Assembly (NCBI GenBank): GCA_030704615.1
Contig: CM060731.1
Span: 52,700,001-52,764,000, forward strand
Direction: 5' to 3'
Length of the DNA stretch: 64,000 nucleotides
Origin: Takakia lepidozioides
Taxonomy: Eukaryota; Plantae; Bryophyta
Part shown: piece after piece, positions 35,830-48,641 of the stretch
How positions within the stretch are numbered: position 1 is the stretch's first letter
Layout: each line of letters starts with the position of its first letter
The notes under the pieces: generated by a model
Database searches by the model: none
What the model saw: only the letters and a program-made list of their open reading frames with translations
Told to the model about the DNA's origin: nothing
Translations under genes and position numbers: made by a program

Positions 35830-36520
35830 TTTTCCAAGGATGCAAAGGGTGTGTTCGACGAAATGGCTGCCAAGATGTCGTGTCGTGGAATGCAATGATG
35901 GTACGAAGGCTTTGGAGACATATGAGGAAATTATGCCAGACAGGTTGAACCCTAACGCATGATGTGTTTCAATCTCTGCCCGCTCAACTGCACCGTGGTG
36001 GTTCTCATTGACCAATCCGACATTGCCAGACTACAGACACAAGCAGCAGACACAAGAGGTCCTCTTGGGTTCATGGTCAGTCAAATCCTCCATGGGTCAT
36101 GACACAAGGTCGAGGACAATGTGGTGAGGGCACTTTCTTCTTCGACCTATTTCAGCCTGTTTTGCCCTCTCATCAGACTCGGCCCTGAATTTGCAGCACA
36201 GAGCAGAGCTGGCATGAGTTTCTTCACGATGGTGGGACAATCGCAATCGCAAGGTGTGGCTTTTTCTTAATGTAGGATGTAAAGAAGTTTGTCCATCCTA
36301 CAAATGTGGGCTTTTGGCTCCTGTTAGTACCATGCTGTACCCGATGTCATTCTGAACACTGCCCTGGTGGACTGCATTTATGCCAAATATGGTGCATCAA
36401 AGATGCAAAGGAAGTGTTCGACAATATGGCTGAACGAGATGTGGTGTCGTGGAGTGCGATGATTGCAAGATATGCACAGCAAGGGCGCGGATGGAGGCTT
36501 TGGAGACCTATGAGCAATGA
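35830..36520 (+). pseudogene. PPR (PLS-class) gene fragments inside the Pack-CACTA
   Basis: DAKEVFDNMAERDVVSWSAMIARYAQQG at ~36400-36490 and a similar degenerate motif at ~35840-35960. Confidence 0.8.
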
Positions 36521-36889
36521 TGCGGGAAAGGGTGATTCCCTATGGAAAAATAGACAGAGCTGTAATGATAGAGTGAGGCATGAAGCAAGCTTTGGATGTG
36601 TCTATGAGCGTAGGTACTAAAAGGTAGTAGGAACTGGGAATATGTCTACATTACAGAGCGTAACTTTATAGGCAAGAGAAAATGGTCACAAGCTTGTAAG
36701 ATGAGTGCTTCAATCTGTTCTTATACAAGGTTCTCCTCAGTTTCTGACAGTCTGTTCGTTGGCTTTCTGGTTGCAGGGAACCCTTGGGTGTTGATTTCGT
36801 GCTCCACGTCAGCACAATGGCCAAGGTCGGCTTTGTTCATGATGGCCTTCCGGGGCTTTTGGTGGTGGATGGAGAGGACCTGACCAAGG

Positions 36890-37620
36890 GCTATGTTGTG
36901 GCAGTACCACCAACTCAGTCATAGATTTTCAAGCCTGTCTGCAGCTTGTGGATTCCAAGCCCATTATGCTCTACAATCGAATCCCAGAACCAAATTTGTC
37001 AAGGACAAATTCAAGCGTTGCTTTCAGATCTTGCGGCAGCATTGCGTGGGCAAGGACATATCTGTTTTTAGTCAACCCTACGAGCCAATGAGGAGCATCG
37101 AGCTGTGCCACTATCTCCAAGTTGTTATGGGCCAGGCCAACCTCGGCGACATTAGCCAGATCTTTGAACGGTATCACACTAACTCTTAGGAAAGAACGCC
37201 ACAAATCTGGGTTTACATTCTCATTGATCAACCCTCTCAAACACCTTTTGGTGGCCATAATCTGATCATCTCAAAGACAACATGTGAACACAAGGGTTGC
37301 AAGCGGCTTGAATCCCTGACGAATGCTGCCAAATTGTTGGAAAAGGCTGGGTGTCATCAGGAGGCAGTCTTAAAATTGCTTCAGGCTCTGTGGTTGATGA
37401 TGCTATGGGGCAATGGCAACACGGAATGGCATCTTAGGCCTTCTAATGAGGCATTTGGGGTGATGCAGGAAACTGAATCCCTGATACAAAGAGAAGGGAT
37501 CAGCATTGATGTCGTATTATTGCATGAACTCCAACTTCTGCAATCAGTGAGATCTGGCACATTCCATGTAGACAAGGAGAACTGGGAAAAGGCAAAGACA
37601 CCAAAACCATTCAGGCTTAG
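36890..37620 (+). pseudogene. Host gene fragment, possibly TRANK1-like UvrD/TPR protein
   Basis: AAKLLEKAGCHQEAV...MLWGNGNTEW resembles the EADLLEKAG...SLW..G..GWP segment of plant TRANK1-like proteins (recalled). Confidence 0.4.
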
Positions 37621-40600
37621 GCTGATCTCATGCCATCAGGCTGCCCCATATGCTAGCCAGATTTCTAGACCAGTGGAGGCACAACGCAACGCACAAGCTC
37701 TCACTTATCAGGGTTTCAAATTAACTAAGTTGTGTCATGGTCTCTTTGAGGAGGTTGTTTCTCCATGCGCCACTGCATGTATTGGGTGTTTGAAGATGTG
37801 TGCAGGTTATGGCCAATCTGTTGCTCTGTCAAATTTCACCCACGCGTTGGCTGGTAGTTTTTCCCTCAACTCCGAGTTTGACAAACTAAGCACCCCGGGG
37901 TATGGAAGCATTGGCGAGTGGGCTGCCATTCTTTTCCCTGCCACTAAGGCTGATCGACTGGGGTTGAGTATATATGGTGGGTGGGCTTTGACGTTGCTTG
38001 GGACTCTCAACTTCACAGATTCAGGTTGCCCAACCTCTGTACCTGGTCTCTTTCTTCGGATGGTGTCTGGTACTGTGACCTCTTTACTTCACCTTCTGTT
38101 TATGATGTATACTCAATGGCACATGCCCCTGTTCTTGGATCAACAGTATACTTCTGATCATTTTACTCTCATGCACATGCCCGCTTTCCAAATGTACATG
38201 CCACACTCCCCCCTCTATTTGATAAAAATCCAAGGATATCTGTACATGCTCTTTATGTTGTCTTGTTCTATGATTTCGTTATCTCACTTCCATCCTATGA
38301 TATGTATTTAGATATACATGCCCCGGTTCTTGGATCAACACTTTATTTTTACATACTTATCTGAAGTCTACTTACCAAATGGTGCATGTTATCAATTGCT
38401 GTACCAGTAATTACTATAACCATGCTGACAACGTTCTATGTCTCCAACCTATGCACCCTAAGGCACATGCGCCTGCCACACCATACAGGAACTCGGACTT
38501 ATGATTATGAGCACTAACAATATATGTACATTTCCGTTATGCTTAAGACAACAGGTTGCTGCTCACCATCTCAAAACATCCACAACAATGACAGACCAAG
38601 GACTCTCACATTATGAAAACACCAGAATGCAGGTCAGGTTACATGCCCTATACCCTCCCCACTTCGTCTCAAGTGATATCCAACTACAAGCGACCATGGT
38701 GAAGCAGCTCATTGAATTTCCCAGGTACCATTCCCCCTCTATGAACTTGTGTTCTTTTCAATGCCATGTCATTTCACTCTGTTTTCCCCTCTTATGCGAG
38801 GTCGAAAGGTTTTTGGCCTGGGGCCAAATGTATTTGCCCTGGGGTGAAGATGGAAGAATGCCACCTATCTTCCATAGGTAAGTCGAGCAGCCCTTCTCTC
38901 TCTCTCTCTCTCTCTTTTGTGAGACTTCAACTTGTTGCTCTTTTCCTTTTGTACTCTCTCTCTCCAGCAAACAGTGGAACCAATTGAATGGGCTAAAGTG
39001 TCACGGGTCATAAAAACCTTAGATTCCGAACATGAGCAAAATGCTAATATGAGCATATTTCCAATCCATTGCAAAGAGAGGCCTGACTTCAGGAACTGAT
39101 GGATCAATTGCTGTCACCACTCGTCCAAAATTTGCTGAAAGGGGCCTTTTAATTTAATGGACAATGAATAACCACTCAGGTTACTTAGCTAGGTACCCTA
39201 AATTTTCATGTTTCAAGAATTCTGCAAGTTAGCTGGTTGAGTGAACCTTTGATAGTTTGGAGTGACTTTGACATGATGCTGCCAAAGTGACAACAGGAAA
39301 GTATCCAGAAATAGGTAACAGAGAGGAGAAGCTGTGGAATGAATACTTTTCTAACCCCAGTCAATGGTGGGACAACCGTGTTGGAAGGTAAATGCCTTTG
39401 GATTACAGACTGGTTAATGTAATTGAGAATAGGAACTGGTGTGATAAGTTGAGTTGGGTACTTGCTGGAACAAATCTAGGCTACCATTGTCAGCTGCTAA
39501 CAGTAATGCAAGGATGTATGGATGATCTGTGCAGAGGCATGGATAGTTGAAGGAGCAGGGATAGAGTGTCATCCAAGAGGGCCGGATTTCAAGCTCCAGA
39601 TTACTTATGATTCCCTGTGGAAGGATAGCTACAAGAAACCTGCATGGGTAGATGGTACATAGTTTGGAGTGATTTTGACATGATACTGCCAAAGTCACAA
39701 TAGGAAAGTATCCAGAAACATGTAACAGAGATGAGAAGAAGCTGTGGAATGAATGCTTTTCTGACCCCAGTCAAGGGTGGGACAACCGAGGGAAAAAGGT
39801 GAATGCCTATTAGATTACAGAGAGTAGGAGACGCAACTCAGCATAGACACTAAGACAAACTCTCCTTCCATGCAAAGGGTGTGTTTTGGTATCTGAGCGA
39901 ATAAATATAGTTTTTAAAAACATAATTTCAATATTTTGTTATTTAATAATGTTCTCATCAAGGCCACTGTCCATTTTCCCTATAATAATAATAATAATAA
40001 CAATAAATTAAATCCATTAATATTCAAACTTAATATTGGAAATCCATTAATAATTAATTAATGCGTACCACCACACAGAAACGAACACGTGTTGCATAGT
40101 GACTTGTCGAAGGTGTGAAATATGACACGTGTCGCATAGTGGCTTGTTCAAGGTGTGAAATCCGTTGTGAAACATGCCACACTGGCCTTTTTCACACTCT
40201 GTCATGTCAGCTATGCCATCGGCCATGTCAGCGGCCATGTCACCATGCAACCCGTGAAAAAAGTCTCCCGTGGAAAAAGCCACCCGTGGACTTTTCCACA
40301 GGGCCACCCGAGAGCCAGACCGTCCACGGGGTGTCCGAAAGCACTAGTCGTTTCTTACACCCACGGCAGGTGTGGACTGCGGCTGATTCCACAGCAAAAA
40401 ATGTGGAAAAAGCTGTGGAAAAAGCCGGCTTCTCTTCTAGTGTATGATGTCGGTGGTGAGGCTGGAGTGATGACCAGCAAGACCACCAGTGTTTCTTCTA
40501 TGTTGAGGCTGGGTTGATGACCAGCCAACCATAGGAGTTCTTGCGGTGGATGCAGGTGCAGGTGCCCTTAGCCACTGGGATATGACCATTAATCCGCAAC

Positions 40601-40653
40601 AGGTGCTCACCCGTGTCACTATTAGAATTAGTACTAGAGCCTTATAGTGTCAC

Positions 40654-43600
40654 GTAGGGGAGGTGCGGGTTGTGAGTGTCATCACGGAGTTACCCAAGGG
40701 TTTTGAGGGGAGTACGGCTACAGGCAGTAGTAGTGAGAGTGGGTTCACCGGACGAGGTGTTCGTTTCAGACCACTTTCACCTCCATCCTCAACTAGTGCA
40801 GAGTCAGACACAGACTCGGAGGCTTCATCAACAGGTGTGCAGTTTCATTCGCCATTGTTGTGGGACGACATGGAGGAGATGTATGGAGCTACCAGAGGCC
40901 TCGTAGGTACTCTAGAGCTGTGGGCACAATCGAGCTGGATGACTTTATCCATGAGTTCGACAGCTGGTGTGATTTGCAGCAGATGCGCAATCCACAGCTG
41001 TTCACCCCATTCATGGCGTGAAGGGACTGTTCCAGCATTTGGAAGGCCCGCCTATGGACGATTACCACGAGTTCAGGCAAGGACATGAAGCGGAGATTGA
41101 GGAGTGGAGGATGTATTGGTCACCTGACTACGTCTCCATTACTCGAAGCACGATGCAACCAGTAGCTGCATCAGCACCAATATCTCCCACTGCAAGCACT
41201 AATAATGGAACAAGTAGTGCCGGTACTTCTGCAGGTGGTACCAGTTCAAAAGGTGCTACTACTCCTCCTGCCACGACTACAACACATGTGCCTAGATTCA
41301 ACCCGGTGGTGGAGTTCTTCCAGGAGTTGCGGACGAACTACCAAGGCGTACGGACAGAGAAGCTGCGAAGTTTGCAAGACTTCCAGCGCAAATCCAGTGA
41401 GAGCTTGCGAGAGCACTCGTATGAGGCGCTTGATAAGTGTGACCCAAGGGGTTACTGAAGCTCAGGCAGTCCAGTTTTGGTATGGAATTTTGGACAAGGA
41501 GCTCATGAGAAGGGTGTGGGATGCAACCCTGTTACAAGCGGCCCAACCCACATTAGCAGATGTGTTTCTGCTGGCTGAGCGGATTGAGCTCAAAATGGTG
41601 GAGGAGCGAGTTATTACCATTGGATTTGGCAAGGACATGCCTGCACAAGGCGCAGCTGCCAGCCAATAAGTACAAGGGACTGCCCAACAGCGTGGTCAGG
41701 GGGGCAAGGTTGCCTAACCCAAATTCCATGGAGCCAGTGTTATGACTTGCACCCTGAATTGCGGCAAGGCCATTTCCAAGGGAACTATGGTGCCCGAGGG
41801 TGAGGTGGAGCACCTCAGAGAGGACGAGGTGGTCAAGCACGAGGTGTGGGACGAGGGCAAGCACAGTATGGCCAAGGACGTGGAGGTCAGGGCGTTGACC
41901 AAGGCATGGCCAATCGGTTTCAGCAACTAGAGCAAAGGCTTGTTGCCATGGCCACAACTCAGGTGGTACCAGCTCCAAGACCTGAGGATCCACCTCCTGT
42001 TCCTCCTCAGCAGCGTCATCTTGACGGAGAAGACATGGGAGGCATGGGATTTATGTGCGGGGCAGCACTTGAATGACCACTTATACAGGTGGATTCTGCT
42101 GCAGCCGTCACTCGAGGAGCAGCACGAGTTCCTGAGCCACGAGGTGCAGAGGTGGAGTTGGATCCACAGCGTGGGGAGGCAAGCCGTCAGGCTAGGTTGC
42201 CTCAATCATTCATCTTGGCGGAGCCAGTGTCGACGCCATCCATGGCACCTAGTTCTCGCCCGATGGATATCGAGGCGGATGTTATTGTGCCATTGGGGAG
42301 AGCTACACGTGCAGCTCTGACACCTGCTGCCAAGGCTAGTGCAGCCAATATGTTGTTGGGGGCGGCCACCTCTGTGTGTCAGGCCCCACTGTTCTCGGCA
42401 ACCATGATTGCGACGCCGGGGGTAAGACCAGCTGCAGTGTTCAGACTAGCAGCAATACTCTGCGAGAGTGGGGAGATCACTTCATTTTCTGCGAAAGGTG
42501 TAGTGGCAGAGGGATCCTCGGATTTGAGGGTCAAGACTGCCACGGTTGCGCCATGGCAAGCTGCAGCTGCCAGATTGACGGAACTGCCAGCTAGGCCAGC
42601 CTTTGAGCGCGCCATGGTGACACCTGGAGTTGTCTTGTTAGACAACCAGGATGACATTTTCTTTTTGAGTGGACCGGCAGGCAAGAGGTACCGGCCACTG
42701 CGGGTCTTGTTGGACTCGGGAGCTCAGCCACTGATGTTGGGTAGAGCTGCTATTGCAGGTTTGGGCCTCATGGAGGCGGTTATGGAGCCTTGTCATTTCC
42801 AGACACAAACATCTCTGGGAGGATCAGAGCAGGCTCAGTGCATGACACGGCATGAGTTGGCCATTAGACTACAGCCGGATCATCCTATAGATGGCTCAGT
42901 GATGCGAGCCAAGGCCATTGTGACAGATGCGGTCTCTTACAATGTCCTCGTTGGTGGGGCAGTGTTATATCCCATGGGCTTCACCCTGGATTTTTGGGAG
43001 GAGTCAGCATCCTACAGGCCTGGATGGCAGTCAGGGGATGGTCGTCGTGTACAGCTCTTTGTGACGTTCATTGGGGGTGTTGCTGCTGCCCAACGGGGCA
43101 AGATGCCAACACTAGCAGCCTTCACAGCTGCAGTTAGTTGGCCTAGAGAGTTGCTGGAGGGCAATGCCCATGCAGAGGATGTGCCACCTCCAGCAGAGCA
43201 GGATGACATGCATGGTACGGCGGAGTTGCCTGCCATGGTTGCTCACATTCCATTCTGGGGTACAAGCAAGGATTTGCAGCAGGCTGCTGATAGACGGGTG
43301 TAACAAGCCTGGGTAGAGGCCTTTGTACCGTCAGGAGAGGAGGAAAGTGCGGTGATTGCACCAGGACCACCTCAGTTGTCGCCATTGGACAGCACACCTC
43401 TTGTGTGGCAGTGCCCAGATGAAGGCATATGCCTTCTGGACTTGTTTGGTGGGATCAGCACTGGATTGGCTGCAGTGCTGCAAGCAGGTGTACGAGTTTG
43501 ACGTTACTTGTATGTGAAGAGGGATGAGACTGCACGACGCGTCTCACTGCGCAATGTTGCTCAATTGCTGCAGCAGTACCCTGATTTGTTGCCAGTGTTT

Positions 43601-44677
43601 GCAGTTTGTGGATACCAACAAGCATTGCCAGCAGACATCTCTTTGTTGGGAGCGCATGGTTTGGAGCGGGTTGACCCTATTCACTTGGTAGTGGCAGGTT
43701 GGCCCTGCCAAGGGCATTCATCAGCCGGGCATGGCAATGGGTTACACGCCTCAAGGTCACGCCTGTTTTGGGAAATGTTGAGGGTCCTACGCTATTTACA
43801 ACTTCAGCAGACAGACTCTCCAGCATATATCTTGGAGAATGTGCCATTGATGGGTGATTCTCGGGCCAAGGTGATGGCCAGTGTGCATCAAGTGCGGTCT
43901 TGGCTTGGGTTAACAGTGTTGCTGGATGCAGCTGTAGTGGGGTCACGGGCTCATTGCCCACAACTATGGTGGACCAACTTGATGCCACATGCACTGCTCA
44001 AGCGTGCATTTGATGGGGTGCAGCGGCCACCACACCTGACGGTGGATAGCATTTTGGACATAGGGAGACAGTCTCAGCGTGTGAGACACGATGACCGATC
44101 ACCTTTGGTAGTGGTCAATAAGGTGGGTAACCCACGAGCCGCATTGCCTATACTACTCAGCTTTCCAGGATCTCATGCTTTCCAGGATGGTGGACCTGGC
44201 CTCTTGTGGGATAGCCAGTTGCAGCAATTAGTGGAGCCCAATGCTGACGAGCGCGAGCGGACGATGGGTTTTACCACTGGTACCACGGCAATGCCATCTC
44301 TTTCTGAGGCATCACGTCGTCAGGTGTTGGGGTAAGCAATGGATCTCAATTGCTTGACCTGGATTATCAGCTTGGCTATGGCTGAGCAACGCAGAGTACG
44401 GAGTACACTTCCCTTGATGGTCTCCCTGCCTACCGAGACGGTACAGGCAGCGAGTGGGGGCGAATAGGTGAGGACCACGAGGTATAGGCCACATCCATGG
44501 CACACGTGGGAGGTGTTCGAGGTTCAGAAGAAGATGGCAGCCAAGGCGACGGTGATGGATCAGGTTGGGGATTTTTCTCGGGTTGAGGAGGTCCTTAAGA
44601 ATGGGATGATGGGGCAGGATGAGACATTGTCACTGACAGAGCATGTAGTGGTCACTGCTCAAGAGGTTGCAGCATAG
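40654..44677 (+). pseudogene. Gag-protease-DNMT of copy 2, decayed
   Basis: Same motifs as copy 1 (LLDSGAQ, GWPCQG, ILENVP, ERERTMGF) with frameshifts, a gag deletion and stops at 42074, 43301, 43499 and 44333. Confidence 0.92.
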
Positions 44678-46519
44678 CAACCACGGGACGCGTCTTCTAC
44701 CTCTAAGCCTGCTGGACTCAAGGTTGCAGTCACGGAGGACAACTGGGAGCTTGATGTTGGACCCATAGTCACTGGAGGAGAGAGATGACGTATACGGCGG
44801 TTCTTGAGGGCTTACAGGATCTGCTTTGCATTCAGTTTGAAGGACTTGGGAGCACTGAAGGGTCAAGAGATTCGCATTGAATTGGTCACTGACACGCCAA
44901 TCTTTCGGAGACCCTATAGATATAGTGACATGGAGAGGTCCTTGATTCAGATGAGGACTCAGGACCTCTGGGAGGCTGGTTTGGTGGCGCTATCTGGTGG
45001 AGAGTATGCTTAAGCCATAGGATGCCAGCTAAGAAGGATGTTTATGGCAATTGGACGGAGAGATGTATGTGCGGTGATTACCGGCCTGTAAATCGTCAGA
45101 CCAAGTCCGATAGGTATGCCATGCCAACACCAGAGGAGATCTTTGATGCCATTGGGCATGCCAAGGTCTTTAGCACTTTGGATTTACGATCCGGATATCA
45201 CCAGTTGCCGATCAAGGAGGCGGATAAGCAGAAGACGGCATTCTGGGGGATCAATGAGCACGGGAAGGATTGCCTATACCAGTGGCGGTTCTTACCATTT
45301 GGGCTTAAGAACGCTCCTGTAGAGTTTCAGAGAGTCCTGGACAGGATTCTAGCAGGGGTGGAGTTTGCTCGGTGCTACATAGATGACATCATCATCTTTA
45401 GTGCTACGGTGGAGGAGCATGAGAGACACCTTCATGTGGTATTTGAGCGCTTGAGGGCGCACGGATTGAAGTTACATCGGGGGAAGTGCAAGTTTTTCCA
45501 CAACCAGATTGAGTATCTGGGTCACATGATATATCCTGGAGGATTGGGGGTACAGCAGACTAAGGTAGAGGCCATTGCACAGATTCCACGCCCCACGGAT
45601 GTGAGCCGAGTTCGAGCTTTCATGGGGTTGGCAAACTATCATAGACGGTTTGTCAAGGGATTTAGTGCCATTGCAAAGGCTCTAACCAAGCTAACCAAGG
45701 TGGACCAGGAGTGGCAGTAGGAAGATGAGCAAGAACGAGCTTTCCAAGAGCTCAAGGCAAGGTTGACCTCGGCGCCCATCTTGAGACGACCTATCAGGGG
45801 GCGTCTTTTTCAACTGCATACAGATTGGAGCATGCTGGGGCATGGAGCGGTGCTCACACAAGTGGATGATGAGGGAAGAGAGTTCGTAGTGGTTTATGCC
45901 AGTCGCTCGAACAACGCTGCAGAGGCTAAGTATAGCTCAAATGAGGGAGAATGCTTAGCTGCAGTGTGGGCCGTGGCACACTTCAGGTGCTATCCATATG
46001 GCAATCTCTTCACCCTTGTCACGGATCAGCAGCCACTCAAGTGGTTCAAGCTTACGGGGAAGCTTGCACGGTGGGCACTCATACTTCAAGAGTATGACTT
46101 TCAGGTTGTGCATCGACCGGGTTTGGTCAATCGGGATGCGGATGGGTTGAGTCGCAATCCATGCACGAGCCAGCAGGATGACACTGGAGCTTGGTGGCAT
46201 GGTGAGACGGACGAGGAGATGGTGCCCGGATGGCATGCATCTGCATTTCTGTGTATCTTGGCAGCGGAAGGCCAGGTTGGACCTACAACAAGGATGACTG
46301 TAGACCGAGTGTCAGAGGACCCTGAGGCCAGCAATGAGCAAGGATGCGCCAAAGATATACATGAGGATTCAGCTGTGTTGGACTACCTCCGCACTGGAGA
46401 CACGGTAGTCACTGTGACTGCCAAGGAGAGGGATCGGATCCTACAACGAGCCAAGAGGTTCAAGTAGGAGGGGACACACCTGCTCCGAGTGTGGGAAGAT
46501 GGTCGAGTGAGGATTGTGC
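44678..46519 (+). pseudogene. RT and RNase H of copy 2, ending at the inversion breakpoint
   Basis: LDLRSGYHQ, YIDD, LHTDWS, YSSNEGECLA, DADGLSR; several stops. Confidence 0.93.
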
Positions 46520-46559
46520 TCGCACAACAACAACGGCAGGGAAGCTTGCGATTGATGAA

Positions 46560-47060
46560 ACGGGACGTTGATGAAAACCTTTTTCACAACCAGTTCCGGG
46601 TAATTATCCTGCAACAGCACCCGAGCCTCATTTGTAGCTATCCTCAGTTCTTTCTTGGTAGGGGAGAAAAATGGGAAGTTCTTCAGATCTGTGATTTGCA
46701 CCGAGTTCGCTCATCCCCCTTGGTGTGGAGCAAAGGGACGCCCCACAGAGCTATATCTTCAGGGATACTCTCATCTTGCTCTTCAACTACAGTCTCCTTG
46801 GAAACCTCTGTCTCGGTAGAGACCGCCTCTGTCGTCTCAGTCTCAGTGGGCACAACTTCTTTGGTTTCTGTCTCTGGTGTCACGACATATACATCGGCCT
46901 CGGGAGCAGGAGTTACTGCATCCACCACTGGAGTAGGCTCCGCAACTGCAGGAGTCTCAGCCACGGCTCCAGGTGCTGCAGCAGGAACTGCTTCAAGTTC
47001 AAAAGCAAGAGCTGCAGGCTCTGTTAGAGCAGCATCAGCACTGTCAGCAACTTCACCTGA
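46560..47060 (-). pseudogene. Internally deleted, intronless patellin (Sec14/CRAL-TRIO) fragment
   Basis: Acidic E/T/P-rich stretch, IALWGVPLLHTKGDERT, then QITDLKN...KKELRIAT...LLQDNYPELVVKKVFINVP. Confidence 0.85.
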
Positions 47061-47819
47061 TGGCTTTCTCCATCGCAAAATATTGTGAGGAAGCTCCTTC
47101 CAAATTCGACGTCTCATGTCCTCCAAGCAGGCCAGATTCCTGTAACAACTGCCGCCCAACCTTGCTTCTCTTCTTTTCTCCTTGAGGAAAATTTACATAA
47201 CATTGTGTGAGTAGAGGCCATTGCTGCGTGTAGCTTTCCTTCTGGTGGATTCCTGCAGCAGGATATGGTATCCCCGTGTACACAAGAAAACACTCTCTGG
47301 CAAGGAATCTGCTCCCTCCGTGGTCGATATCACAATGTCAAGTAGCTGTCACTAGCGCCGCTCCGCACATGGCATCCACAGCCACCATTATATACCTCTC
47401 GTCTCGACCACCACCCCCAGCTGCAAACTACCGCACGAACTCGTTAGCTTTGATTGCGGCCTCTATCTTCTCCTTGAACTCCTGGAGAGATGCTTCTCTG
47501 CCTGCAAACAAGTAGTTCCCCTACCACCCAACTCCAACACACGGTCAAAGCAACAATCGCAACCTTGGACCACCGAACGAGGCCCTGTCCGTCGAGCTCC
47601 GGTATAACACGAGATGCCAAGCTTGTGGAGCCGACATGAATACCAGATTCTACGACAACCCTCTAGTGGACAGTGGATGCAAAACCCATAATAGGAAAAA
47701 GAAACCAACAGCCTATTCTTCCTTACATTTGCGCATCATCCTGCTGCTCCACCAGCCTTGTCACAAACATAATCTACAAACCACCATAATTTTCTTCTCT
47801 CAAAACAAAAAACCACAAG

Positions 47820-48028
47820 CGCTAAAACTAAACTCATCTCTGGCACACACAGATGCAAGCTGATCTCTCTCAAGTGATTGAAGACTAGAATCATACTGTT
47901 GACACAAGAACATGAAATACAACACCATCACTCGTTAAACTAAGAGTCGAGCCAGGGGCACCCCAAGCTATGGGGACTCCACCCCACAACATCCTATTCT
48001 CCCTTCATAAGCACACTCAGATTCTAAG
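47820..48028 (-). repeat. LTR-like module of copy 2, part 1 (left of MULE)
   Basis: AGTCGAGCCAGGGGCACCCCAAGCTATGGGGACTCCACCCCACAACA shared with 8931-8977. Confidence 0.8.
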
Positions 48029-48641
48029 CAACGACGCAATGGCGTGAGCGTTGCGCGTGAGCGTACGCTCACGCAGGAGTGACGTGGCGTGAGCCTGCAC
48101 ACACGCTGACGTGGCGTGAGCGTCATGTCAGCATGCTGATGTGGCGGTAAATGATGACGTGGCACTGTCCGTCATCTGCCACGTCAGCATTTAACATGCA
48201 CCGCCTATAACCAAGGATGGTCCTATGACCGTGGAATTAATGCAGGGAATCTTGCCTAAATAGAATCAAGACGAGCGTTGAGGCCTACAATTGCAGCATC
48301 CAACATTCTGCAATTACAAATGCTTGTTTCACTTTTACAATTACGAGGACGAAAAAATATCCTCAGAAAGTGTGCGCCATATAGGCTGCCACGGGAAGAC
48401 CTTCCTCCCTCCTCAAATAACAATGAGAGTTAGGATCATCTTCAAAAGATGATTGTAGTGCATAGCGACAGCAAGACATGTAGACTTCGAATGGTGCAAT
48501 GACAAATGTGCACTACCTAAAAGTTGTCACTCAGAGCTCACTCCATATAGTTGGAGGCCATATCATTGCACCGCCGACGAATTGATGTGAATTACACATT
48601 TCAAATCATGGTCGTCCACATACCACATTGCATAGTTGATG

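Larger units (their letters stand above)
34585..40442. mobile_element. Non-autonomous Pack-CACTA element
   Basis: TIRs CACTAGAAGAGAAACCGGCTTTTTCCAC / GTGGAAAAAGCCGGCTTCTCTTCTAGTG; TAT 3-bp TSD (34582-84, 40443-45); the empty site is visible in copy 1 at ~5402; no transposase inside. Confidence 0.95.

Noticed and set aside
37334-38311. 325-aa ORF as a real gene
   Set aside because: It looks like a read-through of unrelated captured fragments and low-complexity sequence.
46489-47088. 199-aa plus-strand ORF continuing pol
   Set aside because: After 46519 it is the antisense of the patellin cargo across the inversion breakpoint.
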